From positions 1-46,452 of the forward strand of contig JBCKZY010000004.1 of the NCBI GenBank assembly GCA_038918635.1: DNA of 46,452 nt, in the 5' to 3' direction. Position 1 is the first letter of the stretch, and each line of letters starts with the position of its first letter. Under the pieces are notes generated by a model that saw only the letters and a list, made by a program, of their open reading frames with translations, searched no databases and was not told where the DNA came from. The position numbers and the translations under genes were made by a program. This document shows, in pieces, positions 17,086-24,792 of this stretch. This DNA comes from Thermodesulfovibrionia bacterium. GTDB taxonomy: Bacteria > Nitrospirota > Thermodesulfovibrionia > UBA6902.

Positions 17086-17944
17086 TGGTTTTATTTATAT
17101 ATTCCCTGACCTTCTTTTTATAAGCCTTATGAATAACACCTGTCAACTTATCTGCTTCTGTTTTTATCTTAACATCATCCACTTCTGAAACCGGCATGAC
17201 CTCCATAGTTGTATTGGATATAAAGACCTCATCCGCATGATAAATATCATCCCTTTTGAAACGTCCCTGCCTGACCTTAATCCCCAGGTCAGATGCGATC
17301 TCTATAATTATCCTCCTGGTTATTCCATCCAGGATCCCGACGCCAACCGAAGGGGTACAGAGCACCTTATCCTTTAAAAAGAAGATATTGCTGATAGTGC
17401 CCTCAGCAACATACCCACTGTAATTCAGCATAACCGCCTCATAAGCCCCTCTCTCTATCGCCTCTCTCTTTGCAAGTATATTGTTTAGAAAATTAAGGGA
17501 CTTTATCCGGGGATCAAGAGCCCCCTTGAAGTTCCGTCTCGTATTGACGATTGCAATCTTTACCCCCTTTTTGTAATAACTTTCGGGATACTTCCTGAAA
17601 GGGTTTGAGATAATCACAAACGTGGGTCTTGAGCATAATGAAGGGTCCAGTCCAAGCGGGCCCGCCCCCCTTGATACGCTTATCCTAACATACGCCTCTT
17701 TCTGCCGGTTAGCCCTTATCGTCCGGTATATCGCATTATTGATTTCATTAGGGGTCTTGCGAATTTCAAGTCCTATCAATGACGCTGAGCGAAAAAGCCT
17801 CTTAATGTGCTCATCAGCCATAAATACCACACCGTCGTAAACCCTAAGTGTCTCGTAAATCCCGTCTCCATACAGGAAACCGTGGTCAAAGACCGAAATG
17901 AGCGCCCTGTCCTTTGTGACAAGCCTGCTGTTAAGATAAATCAT
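17057..17944 (-). CDS. Class IV PLP aminotransferase (branched-chain aminotransferase IlvE / D-amino-acid aminotransferase / ADC lyase family)
   Basis: DHGFLYGDGIYETLR, HIKRL, KSLNFLNNIL (PLP lysine), EGTISNIF, GILDGITR and DEVFISNT. Confidence 0.93.
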   Translation of the reverse strand: MIYLNSRLVTKDRALISVFDHGFLYGDGIYETLRVYDGVVFMADEHIKRLFRSASLIGLEIRKTPNEINNAIYRTIRANRQKEAYVRISVSRGAGPLGLDPSLCSRPTFVIISNPFRKYPESYYKKGVKIAIVNTRRNFKGALDPRIKSLNFLNNILAKREAIERGAYEAVMLNYSGYVAEGTISNIFFLKDKVLCTPSVGVGILDGITRRIIIEIASDLGIKVRQGRFKRDDIYHADEVFISNTTMEVMPVSEVDDVKIKTEADKLTGVIHKAYKKKVREYINKTRLLVMGNGG

Positions 17945-18000
17945 TGCATCAGTTTATCACGGCAAAGACGTATTTTCCACTCACAAAAATATTAAATGGC

Positions 18001-18215
18001 TCTTCCGGCCTGTCCTGCCTGTCGTAGCTATGCGGAGATCCCGATTCCTCGGGGTCTTGTCGGGGGAACTATGTGGGTATTAATGTGTAATAATACGCTA
18101 TCCCCGAATTATCCCCGAGGAATCGGGACAGGCGGGACAGGCCCGAGGTTTTTATCGGGAATCCAGTATTATTAAAAATCAACGGCTTCTGGATACCCGT
18201 TTCCACGGGTATGAC
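18001..18215. repeat. Nested inverted-repeat structure inside a REP-like element
   Basis: Outer arms at 18007-18023 and 18127-18143 (1 mismatch). Inner arms at 18039-18054 and 18113-18128 (perfect). Followed by GGGAATCCAG and the hairpin GGATACCCGTTTCCACGGGTATGAC. Confidence 0.75.
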
Positions 18216-18353
18216 AACAATAGCGATACTCTTCATATTTTTGTATGAGACCCATTAACTGGTTTTTTATAATTTAAATCGCTCAACTTAGGTTAATGTT
18301 ATAATAATTTTTATGTGTTGATATCCGGTACAATTTTTTCTTAAGAATATAAA

Positions 18354-19130
18354 ATGAGATGGCTCAATAAAAAATTAATTCTCGAGTTTGTCAAGAGAGA
18401 CTTTGAAGAGAGGTTTGCCGGCTCTGTGCTGGGAAGGTTATGGTCTTTCATCGGTCCTCTTGTAAATATATTAATTTATACAATAATATTCTCAAATCTT
18501 ATGAGCGCGAGACTTTCAGGTGTTGATAGTAAATTTTCCTATAGCATATATCTCATTGCGGCATTGCTCCCCTGGATTGCCTTTTCTACCACAATATTAA
18601 GATCCACGACAGTGCTTATAGACAAAAAACACCTGATATCAAAGATAAACATAGCCTTTCCTTCCATGCCGTTATATATAAATCTTTCAGAGACTGTTAC
18701 GCTGTTTATATCTGTTACAATCTTTTCCGGCTTTTTAATAATATTCGGACACCCTTTTTCAGAATATTCCATATTGATTCCTTTTATATTCATACTTCAG
18801 CAGCTCCTGGCATATGCTATCGGATTGACACTCGCTGTCCTGACAGTCTTTATAAGGGACCTGAAAGAGGTGGTAGGGATAGTTTTACAGGTATGGTTCT
18901 GGTTTACCCCTATAGTTTATGTCAAAGAGATCCTTCCTGAGTTTGTAAAAAAGATCATTATTTTTAACCCTTTCTTTATCCTTGCCGACAGCTACCAGAG
19001 CATCTTTCTATGGAATAGACTGCCCGATATACAGCATCTTGTAATTCTTACTGTAATTACCTTTATACTCCTGATCTCTTCGTATCTTATATATATGAAG
19101 CTCGAGTCTGATGTGAGGGATTTTCTATGA
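18354..19130 (+). CDS. wzm: Polysaccharide ABC transporter permease Wzm
   Basis: RDFEERFAGSVLGRLWSFIGPL, RDLKEVVGIVLQVWFWFTPIVY and NPF, with six hydrophobic segments. Confidence 0.95.
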   Translation: MRWLNKKLILEFVKRDFEERFAGSVLGRLWSFIGPLVNILIYTIIFSNLMSARLSGVDSKFSYSIYLIAALLPWIAFSTTILRSTTVLIDKKHLISKINIAFPSMPLYINLSETVTLFISVTIFSGFLIIFGHPFSEYSILIPFIFILQQLLAYAIGLTLAVLTVFIRDLKEVVGIVLQVWFWFTPIVYVKEILPEFVKKIIIFNPFFILADSYQSIFLWNRLPDIQHLVILTVITFILLISSYLIYMKLESDVRDFL

Positions 19131-19363
19131 TCTATCTCTTCTTATCTATAGCGGTCATATTACTTGTTTATCTTCTGTTTATGTTTTTTGTTATGAAGAG
19201 AGTCATAGCCTGGGGATACAAGTCTCTTATTTACGGTCTGCTCACATTTATCATGCTTGTCGGCATATTCCTGACCTTTGCCTGGTATGAAAAAAACTGG
19301 AAAGATGCCGGTCCCCTGAATAAAGAACCAGCTATTGGGAGTTTTTTAGATGATAAAAGTTGA
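19127..19363 (+). CDS. Small two-TM membrane protein between wzm and wzt
   Basis: 78-aa ORF. Its ATG overlaps the wzm stop (ATGA) and its 3' end overlaps the wzt start. Two clear hydrophobic helices. Confidence 0.7.
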   Translation: MIYLFLSIAVILLVYLLFMFFVMKRVIAWGYKSLIYGLLTFIMLVGIFLTFAWYEKNWKDAGPLNKEPAIGSFLDDKS

Positions 19364-20555
19364 TAATCTGTATAAAGTCTTCAAGCTGTATCATGACCCA
19401 AAAGACCGGCTGAAAGAGATATTCCTGAGAAGGAAATACTCAAGAGAATTTACAGTCCTGAAAGATGTGACCTTTAAAGTGGAAGAAGGCGAAACCCTCG
19501 GCATCATAGGTGAAAACGGGGCCGGTAAATCGACACTGCTGAAGATACTTACCGGCATTCTCCTTCCTACTGGGGGTAATGTTCATGTTGACGGCAGCAT
19601 TACCGGTCTTCTTGAACTGGGGACCGGCTTCAACCCCGAGTTCACAGGCCTGAAGAATATTTACATGAACGGCCTGTTAATAGGGATGAGCAGGGAAGAG
19701 TTGGACAGTAAAGTTAACGACATTATCGCATTCACTGAGCTTGGGAAGTTTATTGAAGAGCCTGTAAAAACATATTCTTCCGGGATGGTTATGAGGCTCG
19801 CTTTCTCCATTGCAATACATGCTGAGCCGAGGGCGTTTGTTATTGATGAGGCGCTCTCTGTAGGGGATGCATATTTTCAGCAGAAGTGCATGAAGAGGAT
19901 CAGGGAGTTCAGAGAAAAAGGCGGATCTATCGTGTTTGTGTCGCATGACCTGAATTCTGTAAAGGTTCTCTGTGACAAAGCATTGCTTTTAAGCCATGGA
20001 GAAGTTGTTGAAGAAGGGGCGCCTGAAAAGGTCATCAATACATATAACTTTCTTATTGCCAAAAAGAGCAAGGGGGAGGAGATAAGGGTTGAAGGTGCCG
20101 GAGATAAGAAATCTTACGGTAATTTCAGGGTAGAGATCGCGAAAGTCGAGTTTCTCAACGAACATGGAATAAGTTCACAGGTCTTTGTCTCCGGTGAAAT
20201 GGTGAAGATAAGAGCCCATCTTAAGGCAAATGAGGATGTAGACAGTGTAGTTGCAGGCATCCTGATAAGAGACCGGTTCGGTCAGGATATATTCGGCACC
20301 AACACCTATCACCTGAATAAGGTCATATCTCTTAAGGCAGGAGAGACCCCTGTATATGAATTTGATTTTAATCTGAATATAGGCGCTGGAAAATACACAT
20401 TAACAACCGCCACTCATAAAGATGATACACATATTGATGAAAGTTACCACTGGCATGATAATATTCTGAGATTTGAAGTGCTTGGTACAAAAGAGAGGAT
20501 GTTTATAGGCTTATCAAAACTGGATGTCGGGCTTGATATCATAAAAAACCCCTGA
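19350..20555 (+). CDS. wzt: Polysaccharide ABC transporter ATPase Wzt with C-terminal carbohydrate-binding domain
   Basis: GENGAGKSTLLK, YSSGM signature, IDEALSVGDAYFQQKC and VSHD, plus a ~150-aa Wzt_C-like extension (IRDRFGQDIFGTNT). Confidence 0.96.
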   Translation: MIKVDNLYKVFKLYHDPKDRLKEIFLRRKYSREFTVLKDVTFKVEEGETLGIIGENGAGKSTLLKILTGILLPTGGNVHVDGSITGLLELGTGFNPEFTGLKNIYMNGLLIGMSREELDSKVNDIIAFTELGKFIEEPVKTYSSGMVMRLAFSIAIHAEPRAFVIDEALSVGDAYFQQKCMKRIREFREKGGSIVFVSHDLNSVKVLCDKALLLSHGEVVEEGAPEKVINTYNFLIAKKSKGEEIRVEGAGDKKSYGNFRVEIAKVEFLNEHGISSQVFVSGEMVKIRAHLKANEDVDSVVAGILIRDRFGQDIFGTNTYHLNKVISLKAGETPVYEFDFNLNIGAGKYTLTTATHKDDTHIDESYHWHDNILRFEVLGTKERMFIGLSKLDVGLDIIKNP

Positions 20556-20620
20556 CGCTTTATGTCTCTATCCAGTTTTTTAGGCCACTTTTCTTTAACG
20601 AAAACTTTAACTTAGAATAA

Positions 20621-20649
20621 TTGACTCAAAATTTTTATTATGCTACTTT
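20621..20649 (+). promoter_or_regulatory. Putative sigma-70 promoter of the first TA module
   Basis: TTGACT (20621-26), 17-bp spacer, TGn-extended TACTTT (20644-49), then an AAGGAG Shine-Dalgarno. Confidence 0.55.
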
Positions 20650-20666
20650 AAAACAAAGGAGCTACT

Positions 20667-20861
20667 ATGAACGTCAAGGAAAAATATCTTATTGATGAAA
20701 AAGGAAATAAAAAGGCTGTTGTTCTAGGTCTCAAGGAATATAGAAACATAATGGAACTAATCGAAGACCTCGAAGACACTAATGATCTCCTCAAAGCAGA
20801 ACGGAAAGCAACCGGTTTTACTCCATACGAAAAATTCCGCAAGACCTGGCTGAAAGATTGA
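20667..20861 (+). CDS. Putative type II antitoxin (RelB/Phd-like)
   Basis: 64 aa with an IDEKGNKKAVVL..EY...ELIEDLED pattern. Overlaps the downstream toxin start. Confidence 0.7.
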   Translation: MNVKEKYLIDEKGNKKAVVLGLKEYRNIMELIEDLEDTNDLLKAERKATGFTPYEKFRKTWLKD

Positions 20862-21118
20862 ATTACAGAATCATAATAGAAAGACGGGCAGAAAAAGAAG
20901 CAAAGAAGATTCCGGCAAAATATCGAGCTGCAATTGACAGAGAGATCCTTTCCCTTGTAAACAATCCAAGACCTTATAATTCCAAAAAGCTTACCGAAAA
21001 AGACGGCTATCGTATTCGCATAGGCAATTATCGTGTGCTTTATACAATAGATAATAAGGCAAACGTTGTTGTTATTTATAGGATAAAAAGCAGAAGCGAG
21101 TCCACTTATATTCGATAA
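20858..21118 (+). CDS. RelE/ParE-family toxin
   Basis: Basic 86-aa protein with NPRP..KKL...YRIRIGNYRVLY.ID. TTG start coupled to the antitoxin stop. Confidence 0.88.
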   Translation: MNYRIIIERRAEKEAKKIPAKYRAAIDREILSLVNNPRPYNSKKLTEKDGYRIRIGNYRVLYTIDNKANVVVIYRIKSRSESTYIR

Positions 21119-21530
21119 TCCACTAAAAGCATTTGTCGTTGAATTTAGCTAATTTCTGTTGCGGAAACCTTCTTGAATAAGAATGTTTTCGAAATATTGT
21201 TATTTCGACCCTGCCTGCGGGCAGGCATGCAACAGCAGAAATCTTTTTGTTGACAGTTTTTTCGAGTGTCAATCACTTTTAGCAGCATTAAATAGTTAAG
21301 TTACACACCCCGCGTCTATGACCTCCTGCACCCAGAACTGAAACTCCACTGAGTCCACAAAGCACTGAAGCACTACTTCTCTTGTAAGAATTATGCCAGG
21401 TCTTCATCAACGGAACCTCCGCAGTCATTGTCTATGAAGAGAGATCGGGAAAATCGGGATTCGGAATCATTCCCCTTTCTTTAAGAAAGATTCCCGCCCT
21501 TGGCGGAAAAACCCTACGGGGCCAATAGTA

Positions 21531-21586
21531 TTGAATATTACCTTTGGTTTCCGATATACTTAAAGTAAGAAAGTAAGGAGGTAAGC
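21531..21586 (+). promoter_or_regulatory. Putative promoter and tandem operator of the second TA module
   Basis: TTGAAT-N18-TATACT, followed by three (A/G)(A/G)GTAAG repeats overlapping the AGGAGG Shine-Dalgarno. Confidence 0.4.
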
Positions 21587-21588
21587 AT

Positions 21589-21867
21589 ATGTCTGCTATA
21601 AAGATAGGGCCTAAACACCAGATTACCATACCAAAGGAAGTGTTTAATTCACTCAGGCTTGAGGTCGGTGACTTCCTCGAGACGCGCGTAGAAGACAACG
21701 CCATAGTCCTGATCCCCAAGAAACTGGTCTCCAAAGACCAGGAATGGTTCTGGTCTAAGGAGTGGCAGGAGAATGAACGGGAGGCGGATGAGGCGATCTC
21801 CAAAGGTGAAGTCTCAGGGCCGTTCTCAAAAGCTTCTGACGCCCTGAAGGCGCTGAAGAAGGGATGA
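21589..21867 (+). CDS. AbrB/MazE/SpoVT-family antitoxin
   Basis: KIGPKHQITIPKEV...L.VGD.LE...AIVLIPK swapped-hairpin motif and a QEWFWSKEWQ..EREAD C-terminus. Confidence 0.9.
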   Translation: MSAIKIGPKHQITIPKEVFNSLRLEVGDFLETRVEDNAIVLIPKKLVSKDQEWFWSKEWQENEREADEAISKGEVSGPFSKASDALKALKKG

Positions 21868-22121
21868 AGGTTGCCTTTTCCAAGCCCTTTCAGAAAGATT
21901 ATAAGAGACTACCAAATAAGATTCAAAAACAGATAGATGAACAGATAACGCATCTTCTGGATAACCCGAAACATCCTTCCCTCCGGATGAAAAAGATGGA
22001 GGGGCATCCTTCCGTCTGGGAGGCAAGAATTACCCATGGATACCGAATGACCCTTGAGATTCATGATGACATTTATCTCCTCAGAAGAGCCGGAACACAT
22101 GACATTCTAAAAAGGCCGTAA
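21864..22121 (+). CDS. RelE-superfamily toxin (YafQ/YoeB-like)
   Basis: FSKPFQKDYKRL, NPKHPSLR.KK, WEARIT..YRMT and GTHDIL. ATGA overlap with the antitoxin. Confidence 0.85.
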   Translation: MKVAFSKPFQKDYKRLPNKIQKQIDEQITHLLDNPKHPSLRMKKMEGHPSVWEARITHGYRMTLEIHDDIYLLRRAGTHDILKRP

Positions 22122-22279
22122 CCGGTAACTTATTGCATTTGAAATGCCCCCTTTGTTGGGCGGGGGACATGATGCATACTTTTATTTCAGTAGAAAAGTG
22201 CATATAATAAAACCTTCCTTAACTGATTAAATACATTGTATTGGTACATTTAATTAAATCTTAAAATCAAGGAGATAAG

Positions 22280-23767
22280 ATGTCAGATAATTTCAGAGAG
22301 ACAAACTACCCTGAGGTTGATATAGACAAAATCATGGAGCAGATCAGGGAAGAAGTGACTCGAAGACGCGGTGAAAGAAATAAGTCTTCTCATAATGATG
22401 AGCCCGTCAGGCATGAAAAGGCTTTTATCGACGCTTCTGAAATCATGACCATAATATCCTCTGCTGAATCAATTGCCGATATAAGTTTGATGACACCCAA
22501 AATGCTCCAGTTCAGTGGGTTGACCAGAAGACTGGCTGTCTTTACAGGCAAAAAGATACTGTACTTATCAACCTTCATAACTGCCAAGCAAAGAAGTTTC
22601 AATATAACCATCATCCATGCATTAAGGACGATAACTGATACCCTGACAAGATTAGGCAATGATATCTTCTTAAGGATTAAGAATGAAACAGATGACAATA
22701 TTGAACCCCTGAAAAAAGATATAGGATCAATAAATACCCGGCAGACAGATATGAGCTCCACCCTTGAAGGCCTTACAGGAAGCCAGGCCGAAACTGCGGC
22801 CCTTCTGAAGCTCCTCAAAAACGGACAGGCTGAAACCGGGAATATTCTGCAAAATCTCATGAACGAGCAGGCTGAGACCGCCTCCTCGCTGGGGAGCATC
22901 AGGAAGGAGCAGGCAGAAACCGGGAATATTCTGCAAAATCTCATGAACGAGCAGGCTGAGACTTCCTCTGCACTGGGGAGCATCAGGAAGGAGCAGGCAG
23001 AAACCATCTCCTCTATTGAAGGACTCAGAAAAGAGCAACATACACAGCTGGAAGAGATTGGGAAGAACATGGAACAGATAAAAAGTATCGTCAATAATGA
23101 CGATGGATCTCTTGAGGCCCTGTACGTCTCATTTGAGGAGAAGTTCAGGGGCTCAAGGGAAAACATTAAAGAGAGAGTTAAAGAATATCTCCCATACATA
23201 AAAGAGGTGAATGCCGGAACCAGTGATTTACCGGTACTTGATATAGGCTGTGGCCGGGGTGAATGGCTTGAGCTGCTCAAGGATGAAGGGTTAATCGCAC
23301 GTGGTGTTGATAAAAATAGCATCTTTGTAAGTCAGTGTAGTGAACTGGGTCTTGATGTCACCAATGAAGATATATTCGTTTATATTAATAAACTGCCTGA
23401 TAAGAGCCTTGGAGCAGTTACAGGATTTCATATCATTGAACATCTTCCTTTTGTTCAATGGATTAAACTGCTGGATGAGACCGTGAGGGTTCTCAATGTG
23501 GGAGGAGTCGCAATATTTGAGACCCCTAACCCTCAAAATGTTTCTGTAGGCAGCTACAGCTTCTATATGGACCCGACCCACAGAAAACCCCTGCCCAGCC
23601 AGATGATAAAATTCATCGCCGAGGCCAGAGGTCTCTCGAGTGTTAAAATACTGGAGCTTCATCCCAACCCAGAAGCAGGAAATAAGTCCGGCTCAGATAC
23701 TGACAAGCGATTTAATGAACATTTCTACGGTCCTCAGGATTATGCTGTTATCGGATATAAGAGATGA
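22280..23767 (+). CDS. Class I SAM-dependent methyltransferase with a long N-terminal coiled coil (glycan-capping methyltransferase candidate)
   Basis: FEEKFRGS, VLDIGCGRGEWL, FHIIEHL, IFETPNP, FYMDPTH and GPQDYAVIG. 14-aa QAET repeats precede the catalytic domain. Confidence 0.9.
   Translation: MSDNFRETNYPEVDIDKIMEQIREEVTRRRGERNKSSHNDEPVRHEKAFIDASEIMTIISSAESIADISLMTPKMLQFSGLTRRLAVFTGKKILYLSTFITAKQRSFNITIIHALRTITDTLTRLGNDIFLRIKNETDDNIEPLKKDIGSINTRQTDMSSTLEGLTGSQAETAALLKLLKNGQAETGNILQNLMNEQAETASSLGSIRKEQAETGNILQNLMNEQAETSSALGSIRKEQAETISSIEGLRKEQHTQLEEIGKNMEQIKSIVNNDDGSLEALYVSFEEKFRGSRENIKERVKEYLPYIKEVNAGTSDLPVLDIGCGRGEWLELLKDEGLIARGVDKNSIFVSQCSELGLDVTNEDIFVYINKLPDKSLGAVTGFHIIEHLPFVQWIKLLDETVRVLNVGGVAIFETPNPQNVSVGSYSFYMDPTHRKPLPSQMIKFIAEARGLSSVKILELHPNPEAGNKSGSDTDKRFNEHFYGPQDYAVIGYKR
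22742..23077 (+). repeat. Intragenic 42-bp (14-codon) tandem repeat, 8 units, including a near-identical 84-bp duplication
   Basis: Gln codons at 22742, 22784, 22826, 22868, 22910, 22952, 22994 and 23036. 22826-22909 closely matches 22910-22993. Confidence 0.92.
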
Positions 23768-24792
23768 TACGGAGAGTGGCTGTTATAGCTGTTAAGCCGG
23801 CCAGAGGAGAAAAGGGAGGGGCAGAGAGGCTTTATGAAGGTCTGGTTTCTTCGTTACACTCAGACGGTGTTACGGCTGACTTAATAAATATTGTCAGTGA
23901 TGAATCATCCTTTGAAGCTATTGAGGAGACATACCTGCGTGTTTATGATCTTGACCTTTCTTCCTATGATGGTGTGATATCTACAAAGGCACCTTCTTAC
24001 CTCATAAGGCATACTAACCATATCTGCTATCTCATACATACGATGAGGGTGTTTTACGATATGTTTGATAATGAATTTCCCCAGCCAACAAAAGAGCTTA
24101 TGAAACAACGTGAACTCATACTAAACCTGGATTCAGCGGCATTAAGTTACCCAAGGACAAAAAAGATATTTGTGATTGGGAACGAGGTAAAAAACCGCCT
24201 TTTGAAATATAACCAATTGGAATCGAAGGTACTTTACCCTGCCCTGCCATCAGACAATTTCAGACGAGGCTCATTTCAATATATCTTTACTTTAAGCAGA
24301 CTGCATCGCTGGAAACGGGTAGACCTCATAATCAAGGCGATGAAATATGTGGACAGGCCTTTGACATTAAAGATCGCAGGTACCGGGGAAGATGAGACAT
24401 GGTTCCGTGAACTCGCAGACGGGGACAAAAGGATCACCTTTCTTGGGCATGTCTCTGATGAAGATCTCATTGACCTGTACGCAAATGCTTTAGTTGTCCC
24501 TTTCGTTCCCAAAATGGAAGATTTCGGCTATATTACTATCGAAGCTTTCCGCAGCTGTAAGCCTGTAATAACATGTACCGATTCAGGAGAACCTGCGTAC
24601 ATTGTTCGTGAAGGGGAGAGCGGTTTTATCTGTCCGCCGGAACCTGAAGCAATAGCCTCAAAGATTGAATACCTTTATGATAATCAGGAAAGAGCGAAAA
24701 AGATGGGAATACAGGCTAAAGAGTCAATAAATCACATAACGTGGGAGAATGTCTCTGAAAAATTACTCTCAGCATTAGGAGCAAACCGATAG
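23764..24792 (+). CDS. Glycosyltransferase family 4 (GT-B)
   Basis: GGAERL, SRLHRWKRVDL, EDFGYITIEAF (EX7E-like), KPVIT and GESGF. Confidence 0.92.
   Translation: MIRRVAVIAVKPARGEKGGAERLYEGLVSSLHSDGVTADLINIVSDESSFEAIEETYLRVYDLDLSSYDGVISTKAPSYLIRHTNHICYLIHTMRVFYDMFDNEFPQPTKELMKQRELILNLDSAALSYPRTKKIFVIGNEVKNRLLKYNQLESKVLYPALPSDNFRRGSFQYIFTLSRLHRWKRVDLIIKAMKYVDRPLTLKIAGTGEDETWFRELADGDKRITFLGHVSDEDLIDLYANALVVPFVPKMEDFGYITIEAFRSCKPVITCTDSGEPAYIVREGESGFICPPEPEAIASKIEYLYDNQERAKKMGIQAKESINHITWENVSEKLLSALGANR

Noticed and set aside
21432-21803. 123-aa minus-strand ORF
   Set aside because: It is antisense to the AbrB antitoxin and its promoter, with no motif.
22742-23077. Regularly spaced repeats as a CRISPR array
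   Set aside because: The units are contiguous, in frame and protein-coding, with no unique spacers.
22390-23322. 310-aa antisense ORF (and 22727-23041) over the methyltransferase
   Set aside because: Shadow ORF of the sense gene and its repeat, with no independent motifs.
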